A DNA stretch of 9,596 nt, taken from NCBI GenBank assembly GCA_018985225.1, contig JADGIF010000382.1:1-9596 (forward strand), in the 5' to 3' direction. Both the position numbers and the translations under genes were made by a program. Of the stretch, positions 1-8,398 are shown one piece after another. The notes below the pieces were generated by a model, which saw only the letters and a list, made by a program, of their open reading frames with translations, ran no database searches and was not told the DNA's origin. Each line of letters begins with the position of its first letter. Within the stretch, counting starts at the first letter, position 1. This DNA is from Amoeboradix gromovi X-113. Lineage: Eukaryota > Fungi > Sanchytriomycota.

Positions 1-278
1 AGGTCGCAAATGATGTCAGCAAATTGGAAGTGCAGGTGAGTAATTTGAAGTCTGAAGTCGCTACTTTGAAGTCAGAAACTGCTCAGTTGCGACAGCATAT
101 TCATGAGCTGGATATGAAAATGAACAAGGTTTTGCAAGGATTGGAGTCAAAGATTGAACGATTATCTGTAAAAGCAAGAGCTATTAAAACAGAAGTTGAT
201 GAGATGGAACGCATTATCAATCCTGCAGACACGTTATTCGATCAAAATTTCGGCAGTGGATCTAATACTTCTCAATAA
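1..278 (+). CDS. 3' end of a coiled-coil protein (5'-truncated by the window edge)
   Basis: The frame is open from position 3 (VANDVSKLEVQVSNLKSEVATLKSETAQLRQ...), with heptad periodicity and a 21-nt near-repeat ttgaagtc(t/a)gaa. It ends at TAA overlapped by AATAAA (274-279), like the other genes. The TTG start at 24 in the ORF track is probably internal. Confidence 0.7.
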   Translation, partial: VANDVSKLEVQVSNLKSEVATLKSETAQLRQHIHELDMKMNKVLQGLESKIERLSVKARAIKTEVDEMERIINPADTLFDQNFGSGSNTSQ

Positions 279-299
279 ATGTTTTTGATCACAACACTA

Positions 300-800
300 C
301 TATAAACTATCTTTGCGTGTGCGGGTAATAATTCTGCTCCTCGCTTCCTCACTTCAAATAAAGCTAGGGGCTTGGATTTTTACAGCTAAGATATGCAAGA
401 CATAACGATATAGAATCATCTGACTTAACAGAAAAATACTAGAATTAATTTATAGCAGATGTATTTACTATTTCATTCGATGTACCGATTATACAGACCA
501 TATTTTGACGAAATTACCTCATTTCCAAGTGGGAGGAACACCTAGACACCACACCAGGAACTCGACATCTCCATGTTATCAGATGCGAAAGAAAGACATC
601 TAAATGCTTTCTTGTTCACAAACAATTCAGCATTACAAATATCAAAACACTTCCTCCAGGCTTTTACTACAATGACAATCCGATGACCACCTATATTTTG
701 GACTTTCTTGCAGGAACAGTGTCAACCGTGTAATGGAACAGGTTCCACAATTTTGCTCTTTGATAGTGAAGCACTTAATCTTTTGTGTTGACGCATGCGA
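300..800 (+). pseudogene. Decayed relic of family A (copy 1), possibly a Crinkler-like nuclease+kinase effector
   Basis: 501-557 matches the reverse complement of 6902-6958 at 47/57 nt, including the exact 15-mer ctcatttccaagtgg. Fragments read YYFIRC.., NYLISKWEEHLDTT.. and ..TYILDFLAGTVSTV* (weakly Gly-loop-like). The homology is seen directly; the family assignment and boundaries are inference. Confidence 0.4.
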
Positions 801-804
801 AGTA

Positions 805-965
805 GGTAGTGTTTACAGAAAATATAATTATCAGTGCAGTTACCAATTAGGATCGCTTGTAATGCATGTCAATGGATATATTGACTGCTTTGAAGTATGG
901 AGTAAGAAATTGATATTATTGCATTTGATCGAAGAGGGTTTGGCGAATGCGCTTGCATTTCTTGA
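805..965 (+). pseudogene. Alpha/beta-hydrolase (monoglyceride lipase/Hydrolase_4-like) N-terminal relic, copy A
   Basis: GSLVMH..FEVWS, a frameshift, then EIDIIAFDRRGFGEC (906-950), the D-x-R-G-F-G motif. 915-941 matches 1161-1187 at 24/27 nt. Confidence 0.6.
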
Positions 966-1015
966 ATGTGCAAATAACCAATGAGGAGATATTGTTTCTC
1001 TGTATAAAAGGGTAA

Positions 1016-1280
1016 ATACTGCGAGTGTTTAGAAACCTAACCAAACGGATATGGGGAGCTACGAAGACGGTTTAGACATGGATTGATTTGGATGCATGGC
1101 CTTGGGGACCTCATGGATAGATATTTTTATCGATTTGAAGTGCACTTTAGAGAGCTGCAGATTATTTCATATGATCAAAGAGGGTTTAGAAGAACCCACC
1201 ATTTAGATCAAGGAATAAGAAGCAGTATTATGATTTTATCCAGAGGGCACTATCGTTTCTTGTTTGGTATGTTGAAATGA
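1016..1280 (+). pseudogene. Alpha/beta-hydrolase (monoglyceride lipase/Hydrolase_4-like) N-terminal relic, copy B
   Basis: Removing one T at 1071-1073 gives KRIWGATKTVRHGLIWMHGLGDLMDRY...QIISYDQRGFRRT, matching the family pattern W...HGLGE...RY...DQRGFGRT. No upstream in-frame ATG and no GxSxG nucleophile motif were found downstream. Confidence 0.7.
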
Positions 1281-1812
1281 CTCTTTCATTTTGTGCTTTG
1301 AAATGCCACAAACCGCCGAATTATTTTTAGTGACCCTTCACTGTCATCGCATTTCATATTACTGGCCGATAAGTTTCGCACCACAATTATTACACATCAT
1401 ACGTAAACTTTTAAAGATTGCTCGTTTCAGCTATTATAAAGTGTACCACAATGGTCTCGTAGGACTGTATACTAATGTCTTCGGTAATTTTTTGGTAATA
1501 TGTAGGAATTGTGCTGGTTTATTCGATATGTTTTTGTTGCCATGGGTATTTCCCCGATCTATGTGAAAATAATTGGCTATGAAACTGAATTGTGGTATAC
1601 GGTCACTGAATATTAAAAAAGGGCACAGAAATGCTTTAATATTAAGGGTTATTGAACTAGTATTTATTTTGGTTTATAAATATTAGGCCCTAGTCGGAAG
1701 CTGCAGAGACAAGGCAAGTCACATGTTGTAAATGGCGGCATATGTTGGCGTATGGTGTCACCATAAGGTCCAACTCTCCACATTTCTAGATATGCAACAA
1801 CATGCCAGTGGG

Positions 1813-1819
1813 TATATAA
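1813..1819 (+). promoter_or_regulatory. TATA box of the secreted-protein gene
   Basis: TATATAA in G-rich flanks, 23 and 29 nt before the ATGs at 1836 and 1842. Confidence 0.55.
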
Positions 1820-1841
1820 GGAAAGGACACCTCTTATGGTA

Positions 1842-2225
1842 ATGAAGCAAGTAGCACTGTGTTTTCTGTTTCTCGCTGTTGTATTTGGAGATCCATGCCT
1901 AAGTAGCTCAGGCAAGTATTTTATTCCGACAGACAAAGGCACGCCATTATTGGCAGGGAAAATCAAAGCTGCAAGCTATTGCGGCGGTGCTTCAAACAAA
2001 GGAATTGCAGGTGCAACTTCTGCAAATAATGCTGAATTAGGAAAGTTGATTTTAGCATGCAAACCAGAGAATAACAGAGCGTGGGTAGATAGTTGGAACG
2101 GAGATACATACCAAGGGGCTTGGTTGTACCTAGCTCCTACCTACAATGGGCTCCCTGGTACCTATACAGTTGTAAACGATGTTGCAAAGACATTATCATT
2201 AGCTGTTATCTGCGAAAAGAAATAA
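1842..2225 (+). CDS. Small secreted protein with a divergent C-type-lectin-like fold (alternative start 1836)
   Basis: Signal peptide MKQVALCFLFLAVVFG and four Cys in the mature chain. The pattern AASYC..IAG.TSANN..AWVDSWNG..AVICE parallels the CTLD A..C..LA.I.S..WIG..FICE. AATAAA overlaps the stop codon. Confidence 0.8.
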   Translation: MKQVALCFLFLAVVFGDPCLSSSGKYFIPTDKGTPLLAGKIKAASYCGGASNKGIAGATSANNAELGKLILACKPENNRAWVDSWNGDTYQGAWLYLAPTYNGLPGTYTVVNDVAKTLSLAVICEKK

Positions 2226-2246
2226 ATAGTTATATTAAGTAATAGC

Positions 2247-2470
2247 TTCGTATGGGTCTTGATTAAGGACGAATTCAAATTTCCACAAGGAAATGTTTTT
2301 CTAAATGTTGCAGGAATCTATTTGAAGGCGTGAATAAAGCATCAGCTACTTCTTTAAAAAGTGGGTTCGCAATCTTCCAGTGATTACTTTAGATTAGAAA
2401 CATGTTGGTGCACATATAAAACAATATTATATACAAAGATCCTAATCTTTAAGCTATTGGATGTTTGGTA
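2247..2470 (+). pseudogene. Possible decayed Crinkler (CRN) N-terminal ubiquitin-like header
   Basis: Three frame-shifted pieces, FVWVLIKDEFKFPQGNVF / NLFEGVN / HQLLL*KV, resemble the CRN pattern L.CLV.G...NAF.V ... F..VDA..L.L[WY]KV. Pattern recall only. Confidence 0.3.
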
Positions 2471-2655
2471 ACAGCTTGCAAAAGTCTAATTTGATAGAGA
2501 AGAATGATAGCAGAACAAATTCGCGTAATTTGCAGGTGATAATACACCAGGATCAATGCACCATAGAAATATAAAAACCCAATTTGTAGTACCACAGAAT
2601 GAACACTCTTTTCCTATTCACAACGTAATATAAAGTCAAGACAATGATCTATTTA

Positions 2656-4272
2656 TTAATATTCCTGAATTAGCATTTCCAAGGTCTGCCATCCGGGCAT
2701 ATTTAGCAACTTCATCCCGTTCTCATGTTGTGGATCTCTGGCTATTTTACATATCATTCTTGTACATTCATCATCAATAATACCCATCTTTATTATGTAC
2801 ATTATCACATGAATATTACTTAAATCATAAAATAATGTCTCTGCGTTAAAATATTCTCTTAACTGCAGTGGCTCCTGCGGCTCGCTAATTCTATTCTCAA
2901 TGTTAAAGTATTTGCTGCTTTTGAATGTGGGGTTATTGACTAATGGAAAGCCATGGCTCGTTGTAGTTATTAAGTATTCTACTGGAAATGTAGGATCAGC
3001 AACGCTACTCACTGCGTTACCATACTTGTCAATATATCGATACTGCAAAGTAGGTAGGCTAGCTTCTTTTATTCGGTTATGGAGCATCATGTAACCAGGA
3101 TTGAATGTTGGTTTAATTAGTTCGCTCTTACACAAGCTCATACAGGTATTGCTTGTCTGATAAGCTTCAATCTCAACTCCTCCTTGCTTGTTCCCACTCA
3201 ATATACACGTGACCAGTCTGCTTCCAAAAACACCTGAAGCACTGAATGGTGTTTTGTATGGAAACACATTTTGCAGAGTACCTGCTAATTGGCATTCTTG
3301 AGCAGATAAAAAATAGGAGTCCAGATGCCTCTTATGAACCACTTGTGCGTTTCCTGCATCCTTTAAATCGGTTAAAATAATACCAACAATTTGTAAATTT
3401 AGTTCCGTTAAAACCATCTGCAATTGAACAAATTCTAATTTCGAGTTATCAGATTCATCACCGGAAGTGATGCTAGGCAAATAGTAGCATAATGCACCAT
3501 CCACAAAGCCATGTTGCGCAGGTTCATAAATGGCACTAACTACTGCTTTAATACCCAAAGGAACCTGGTCATACTCAGAATAATGACCAATCAACCATCC
3601 AAATCTTTGGTGACCGGTACTGCGCCAAGATTTGAGAAATTTGTCAACTATATCATGTGTTTCAAATTCTATGTGGTCAACCATTCTAAAGGATTGACGT
3701 GTCAATGATATTGTGGAAGACAAAGAAGAAACAGTAGCACTTTTGCTATCCACAGAACTAGTTTTGATGGATTGGTCCTCCAACAAGTCTATTAAGAAAT
3801 CTGGTTTTTCTAATTTTAGCTTTTTAAGATAAGCATGAAAAGAGAGATGCTTGATGTTATGGGTATCTAAATAAGATTTGTCAAATGGAGAAACAGGTGT
3901 GCAGTAGGAGCACTTTCCCAAATCACCATGACGACACATTGAGTTTATACTCTGTTGAATTTCACCAGATTTAGACCATAACGACAAATCTAAAGAGTCC
4001 AATTCTCTTGCCTTTTCATCTAGAGACTTCATGGATGGGTTAGACTTATTGATATTCGCTTTTAGAGAAACTGCAGGTTTGTCATTGGAATGTAAGTAAA
4101 CGAGGGCACCATGTTGTAAATTAGCAACTGGACATTTCCCAACTGGATCAGATGAGAGGTGAAATTCAGAATAATGCAATTCCTTATTCAGGAGAGAAGC
4201 TAATTCGTTGATGTCGTCGGATGACACCGTGAGATTAAATTGTCCATTAGCTGTGCGAACACGAATCAACAT
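2656..4272 (-). CDS. NPL4: Nuclear protein localization protein 4 (Cdc48/p97 cofactor Npl4)
   Basis: N-terminal MLIRVRTANG UBX-like domain, zinc finger CRHGDLGKCSYC, KHLSFHAYL, FRMVDHIEFE, WRSTGHQRFGWLIG, VPLGIKAVVSAIYEP, FPVEYL and C-terminal GWQTL. 538 aa, intronless, no NZF. Confidence 0.97.
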   Translation of the reverse strand: MLIRVRTANGQFNLTVSSDDINELASLLNKELHYSEFHLSSDPVGKCPVANLQHGALVYLHSNDKPAVSLKANINKSNPSMKSLDEKARELDSLDLSLWSKSGEIQQSINSMCRHGDLGKCSYCTPVSPFDKSYLDTHNIKHLSFHAYLKKLKLEKPDFLIDLLEDQSIKTSSVDSKSATVSSLSSTISLTRQSFRMVDHIEFETHDIVDKFLKSWRSTGHQRFGWLIGHYSEYDQVPLGIKAVVSAIYEPAQHGFVDGALCYYLPSITSGDESDNSKLEFVQLQMVLTELNLQIVGIILTDLKDAGNAQVVHKRHLDSYFLSAQECQLAGTLQNVFPYKTPFSASGVFGSRLVTCILSGNKQGGVEIEAYQTSNTCMSLCKSELIKPTFNPGYMMLHNRIKEASLPTLQYRYIDKYGNAVSSVADPTFPVEYLITTTSHGFPLVNNPTFKSSKYFNIENRISEPQEPLQLREYFNAETLFYDLSNIHVIMYIIKMGIIDDECTRMICKIARDPQHENGMKLLNMPGWQTLEMLIQEY

Positions 4273-4343
4273 TGTTTGGAAAATTATAGACTAGGATATC
4301 TAAATCCAAGTTTGTCTAGAAACCACTAAGTAAGAGTATAAGT

Positions 4344-4360
4344 ACTAGCGAGTTACAAAT
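4344..4360. promoter_or_regulatory. Candidate promoter element ACTAGCGAGTnnCAAAT upstream of NPL4
   Basis: 15/17 identical to 8582-8598 and about 70 nt from the NPL4 ATG. Confidence 0.5.
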
Positions 4361-4489
4361 AGAATCAATGTTTACAACGCTTTGCAGCACTTCAAATTGA
4401 TTTGTAAATGCTGATCAAAAACACCTCTAGCAAGGACTGTTAGAACTATAAAATACCTTTGGTGACAGAATATGTTAAAATCAATTAAA

Positions 4490-4860
4490 TCCAAGTCCAT
4501 TTCCATAGCTTTTGATAAGGCACTTAACATGGGTTGAAATTAAATCTCATTTTTACACCATTCGAAGTTTTTAAAAGACCATCATTAGTGAAATACAGTC
4601 GAGCAAGCTCGATAAATACTTCATTCATTAAAGATTATGTTTCGCAAAAAGTACCTGATTTCCGAGGAAATCGAGAGTTTCAAGAGAAACTTGCAATGCT
4701 AGTAAACCCGTTACTATGATTGCTTACGATTAAGCTTTCCTGAGATGGGGTTGAATAGGGATATATATACTGTATATATTCCTTGCTGTAATATGGTGTC
4801 TCTCTCCAAATGACATTTTTATACACGAAGCCTCAAAATTCTTCTCTTAAGATTGCGACA
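4490..4860 (+). pseudogene. Possible third, more eroded relic of family A
   Basis: 4617-4626 vs 469-478 match 9/10 and 4648-4666 vs 511-529 match 16/19, in the same order with gattat between them. The pieces read YFI...YLIS in both copies, with synonymous third-position changes. Upstream WVEIKS is ExK-like. Confidence 0.3.
4599..4779. repeat. Cluster of six short perfect inverted repeats
   Basis: TCGAGC-aa-GCTCGA (4599-4612), GATTTCC-ga-GGAAATC (4657-4672), AGTTTC-aaga-GAAACT (4676-4691), TAGTAA-acccg-TTACTA (4700-4716), GCTTA-cgat-TAAGC (4722-4735) and ATATATAC-t-GTATATAT (4763-4779). Confidence 0.5.
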
Positions 4861-5008
4861 GCTTGTACATCCATATTTAGTATTAAGATGTTACATATGA
4901 ATTACTAAATAAATGGTTTACGAGTTAATTTATAGCTGGTCTCTTTTTAAAACGGGTTGAAAGACATCTAATTGTTCCATTTTTTTACTAGTTCCTCAAC
5001 GTTGATGA

Positions 5009-5200
5009 ATGCGTGCTGTAACTATTAGTTATTCTTTAGATTCTACATATTCAGGATCACATCCATTGATTCCATTTATCATTTGTGAAAATGAGAAATA
5101 TCGAGTATTTAAGTTATTGGAGAAATCACGAAAAGTCTTGCAATTATATGTGAATACAACAAGTTCTCGATAATTGATTTGTTTTTCAAAATTAGATAGC
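5009..5200 (+). pseudogene. Relic of unknown family B ('KLLEKSRK'), copy 1
   Basis: FIICENEKYRVFKLLEKSRKVLQLYVNT, a frameshift, then KFSIIDLFFKI. 5074-5127 matches the reverse complement of 9524-9577 at 44/54 nt, and 7 of the 10 differences are synonymous. Confidence 0.7.
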
Positions 5201-5239
5201 TGTATCTCCTAGCGATCTCGTCCAGTACCCCTAAAACAA

Positions 5240-6184
5240 ATGCAAAAAGATTTGAAAGGATTTATTTTAGTGACATCGAGTGCCTTCTGTTTTAGCTTAA
5301 TGTCTGTGTTTGTAAAATCATGCTCGCTACCATCTTCTCAGATAGTCTTTGTTAGAAGCTTATTTCAAACTTTGATTAGTGTGGCTGTATGTTTAAAGAA
5401 AGAAGATGCTATAAATCCATTCGGACGGAGAGAAATTCGCAAATTGCTAATTCTTAGAGGTTTGTTTGGTGCGTTAGCAGTGGGATGCTATTTTTACGGC
5501 GTCCGATATGGTAATCTAGGAGACGTTACTGCTGTATTCTTTACTGCTCCAGCAATGTCTACCATTTTAGCTTCAATATTTTTGAAAGAAAAACTTAGGT
5601 TTTCTACAATTGTCTCCATCATTTTATGTATGATTGGGACCACTCTGGTGGCTAAGCCTCAATTTTTAATTCAGTCTCATTCTGCAAAAGATGGAGTATC
5701 TTTAGCACTAATTATAGCCATTTTTGGCGCGTTTCTTTCGGCAGCAGCCTACTTAATGATTTCCGTCATTGGAAACCGTTCTCATCATTTATGTATGGTA
5801 TTTTATTTTGGTTTTATCAGCACTCTGGTTAGTGCCTTGCCTATGGCTATATTTAATCCAGCTATTCCTGGCATGAAGGATACGCTGGCATTGCTAGGAG
5901 TTGTACTTTTCGCATATTCAGGACAGGTTACATTGAATCGAGGATTGCAATTGACGTCAAACACAGCTACGTTAATGCGGAACTTGGATATTGTTTTCGC
6001 TTTCTTGTACTCTTTTTTCATATTTCATGAGGGCTTAAAGCTTACAAGCATTATTGGTGCCGTTTTAATTTGTTTTGGAACGGGCTTAATAGTCTTGGAC
6101 AAATACAAAAGCAGGCAAATCATTGAAGATATAGAAATTCCCTCAAGTCCTGTTAGAGAACCTCTTCTTAGCAAGACCGATTAG
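5240..6184 (+). CDS. EamA/DMT-superfamily transporter, SLC35G1-like
   Basis: 314 aa with about 10 hydrophobic helices in two EamA repeats. Motifs include QIVFVRS, LILRGLFG, FTAP, IFLKEKL, KPQFL, NLDIVFAF..FIFHE and SIIGAVLI. Confidence 0.9.
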   Translation: MQKDLKGFILVTSSAFCFSLMSVFVKSCSLPSSQIVFVRSLFQTLISVAVCLKKEDAINPFGRREIRKLLILRGLFGALAVGCYFYGVRYGNLGDVTAVFFTAPAMSTILASIFLKEKLRFSTIVSIILCMIGTTLVAKPQFLIQSHSAKDGVSLALIIAIFGAFLSAAAYLMISVIGNRSHHLCMVFYFGFISTLVSALPMAIFNPAIPGMKDTLALLGVVLFAYSGQVTLNRGLQLTSNTATLMRNLDIVFAFLYSFFIFHEGLKLTSIIGAVLICFGTGLIVLDKYKSRQIIEDIEIPSSPVREPLLSKTD

Positions 6185-6449
6185 TAAAGTAAACGCAAAT
6201 ATATTAAATCCTGATTTCTGTAACTGGAGTCTGAAGTTTAAAACGAGCTCTGTAAAATTCAATGCAAAAGAAATTTAGGGGCTATTATTAGCTACTACAA
6301 CAAGCATTTCTTCAGTGTCATGTAGACTTCTATTAAGATCAAACGGAGATTGGTGTTTTGTTATAATTACATGGTACTAAAAATCGGTTCTAATTGAACA
6401 AAATATTTATAATTATTTCATAGATTTTGTCCTTGTAATAACTGCTCGT

Positions 6450-6963
6450 TATTTAATATCCTAATTGAGTAAATAGAAGAGGCTTTTAAGTTCATCTGAA
6501 GCAAATGTTCCCTAAATAATCATCGGCAGAATATTTCGAATTCAAAACGCCTCAAGCGATGTACAATATCTCTTCTGCATCCACAAACTGTGAAATGGGA
6601 GCAATTCCCTTTAAATAAGATCCAATTTCAGAGAAGGTCCCGAACTCGAAGGACCTCGTGAAAAGATGTGTCAGTCCCACAATATGCCTTTAAGCCTTTT
6701 TGCAATATGGAAATGCGCTGACAATATCTCTTTCCAAATGGCTTGGCTGATTAGTACTGAGCATATGTCGCAATACCTCTACCAATAGCCATTTTCACAT
6801 TCTATCTTGATGCTTGTAATTTTCTTTCTAGTACTTGAGTATTATCGGGGGTTTTCGTTTCTTGGATGCTTTGGCATGACGAGTTAATAATAATAGGTAA
6901 TCTAGTGTGGTTTCTAGGTCTTCCTACCACTTGGAAATGAGAATATTTTGTCGTAATAGGTCT
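6450..6963 (-). pseudogene. Decayed protein-kinase-like relic, family A copy 2
   Basis: The minus strand reads LISKW*EDLETT (homologous to 518-557) and AIGRGIAT (6789-6766, Gly-loop-like). The frame 6764-6495 then reads SHLERDIV..*RHIVGL..FSEIGSYL..EEILYIA*GVL..DDYLGNICF. Kinase subdomain order is preserved, with stops at 6692 and 6554 and the HRD segment eroded. Confidence 0.55.
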
Positions 6964-6994
6964 CAATTAACTTTTATGAAAATAATTTATTAGT

Positions 6995-8398
6995 CTATCC
7001 ATTTATTGCCAACTCTGTTATAATCAGACAGCAAGCTTCAAAAAATCCCATAACATTCGCCAGGGTTGGATGAACTGCTTTAAAATCTAGTAAATAGTAA
7101 TTAACATCAACGGAATACAGTTGTAAATCTACTTTAATCTCCAAGTTATGATAAATATACCTCACGCGGATCGCAAATGGATCTAGAGATTTCCAAGTCA
7201 TTGGCAACTTGCTAATACTCTTGTATATCTCGTAAAGTATCTGTAACGGCGTACTTCTGCTTCTTATTCCCACATGCCATTTACTTCTAACTGTACTCTG
7301 CTTCGGTAGCTGTATCAATGTACCTGACAGCACTTCCAACGTCGGACCAGTTGTCTCTCTATTTTGTATGTTCACTAGGCGTCTGACTGATATGTCTTTC
7401 CGAGTAGGATCTGCATAAACTCTGTTATTATCCCTAACTAGTTGATAAGCCACAGTTACAGGATTAGATACCTCCCCTTTTAGTGCATTTACCAGTACAT
7501 CCTTCTCTACATTCAGTTTAAGAATCAGCTGGTTAATTGCATTCTCATCTAAAATTTCAGAATTAAATTCTTGTACATCTGGCAGCGGTTGCAAGTAGTC
7601 GGGTAGGCTGGTATTAAACCATTCTGTCTCTCTAAGTTCTTTAATATTCATTCGTTTTAAAGGATCAACCACCAGCATTCTTTTCAGTAGATCCGCAGAA
7701 CCAGGAGATAGAAATGAAGGAATTACAAAAACGCCAGAGTTGATCTTCTGAAATAAATTGGGGATACTTTCATCGTCAAACGGTAGTCTACCAACTAGCA
7801 TGACATACAAAATAACACCACAAGACCAAATATCTACCTCTGGGCCAGCATAGTACTTCCCACTGATAACTTCAGGTGCAGCATAGTTAGGGCTACCGCA
7901 ACTAGTTTTAAGAAACTCACCGTCTTTTATGACTTGACTTAGGCCAAAATCAACAATTCTAATCATGTCGCCAACAAGCAGGATGTTCTCAGGTTTGAGG
8001 TCACGGTGCACAATACAATGACGATGGCAGTATTCAACGGCAGACATTATTTGCTGAAAATAGCCGCGAGCCATGCTTTCGTTCATTTTACCGTTTTTAA
8101 CAATTAAATCAAATAGTTCACCGTCAGCAACTTCCATGACCATGACTATATCACTACTAGTGATGAATGTGGTATATAATTTAATGATATGAGGATGGTT
8201 TAAGAATAGGAGGAATTCAATCTCGCGTTTAACTCTCCCATGCATATCCTTAGATTTTAGTAGCTGGCGGTTGATAAATTTTAAAGCTACTTTTATGCCG
8301 GTGGGCTGATGTATCGCTAACCTTACTTTGCCGAAACTACCAATTCCTAAAGTCTCTATCAGCTGATAATCACCAAGAGAAAGAGTAGAATTATTCAT
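6995..8398 (-). CDS. SNF1: Snf1/AMPK catalytic alpha subunit
   Basis: LGIGSFGKV, VALK, HRDLKPEN, DFGLS..GEFLKTSCGSPNYAAPEVISGKYYAGPEVDIWSCG, a UBA/AID-like region, and C-terminal KWHVGIRSRS..LQLY..YLLDFK..ITELA. The first ATG is at 8398 (467 aa); the ORF-track start at 8440 is TTG. Confidence 0.97.
   Translation of the reverse strand: MNNSTLSLGDYQLIETLGIGSFGKVRLAIHQPTGIKVALKFINRQLLKSKDMHGRVKREIEFLLFLNHPHIIKLYTTFITSSDIVMVMEVADGELFDLIVKNGKMNESMARGYFQQIMSAVEYCHRHCIVHRDLKPENILLVGDMIRIVDFGLSQVIKDGEFLKTSCGSPNYAAPEVISGKYYAGPEVDIWSCGVILYVMLVGRLPFDDESIPNLFQKINSGVFVIPSFLSPGSADLLKRMLVVDPLKRMNIKELRETEWFNTSLPDYLQPLPDVQEFNSEILDENAINQLILKLNVEKDVLVNALKGEVSNPVTVAYQLVRDNNRVYADPTRKDISVRRLVNIQNRETTGPTLEVLSGTLIQLPKQSTVRSKWHVGIRSRSTPLQILYEIYKSISKLPMTWKSLDPFAIRVRYIYHNLEIKVDLQLYSVDVNYYLLDFKAVHPTLANVMGFFEACCLIITELAING

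Noticed and set aside
733-984. 83-aa ORF
   Set aside because: GTG/ATG context is unremarkable and there is no stop-linked ARTAAA. It runs through the hydrolase relic and leaves its frame at the frameshift.
1267-1330. Possible intron GTATGT...TTTTAG joining ORFs 1083 and 1291 in frame
   Set aside because: The spliced product gains no GxSxG or other hydrolase motif, there is no clear branch point, and all real genes here are intronless.
1335-1400. Minus-strand CNNCGAKLIGQ*Y/KCDD (ZZ zinc-finger-like) and LWCETYRP (RFC-like) fragments
   Set aside because: Too short, in overlapping frames and mutually exclusive. They cannot be distinguished from chance.
1664-1966. 100-aa minus-strand ORF ending in AAATAAAT
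   Set aside because: It is antisense to the secreted-protein gene and its promoter and has no recognisable motif. The AATAAA is likely chance in an AT-rich tract.
2570-2615. Minus-strand KECSFCGTTN CxxC motif
   Set aside because: An isolated half zinc finger with no second ligand pair or start codon.
2900-3708. Short plus-strand ORFs 2900-3094 and 3511-3708 (also 5803-6021 minus)
   Set aside because: Antisense shadows of NPL4 and the EamA gene.
6635-6656. Hairpin AGGTCC...GGACCT
   Set aside because: A single short stem inside the kinase-like relic, with no terminator or ncRNA context.
495-6963. Inverted pair as terminal inverted repeats of a 6.4-kb transposon or invertible segment
   Set aside because: No target-site duplication or transposase was seen, the enclosed genes are housekeeping, and the repeats sit inside coding-like relics. 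The second inverted pair is interleaved rather than nested.
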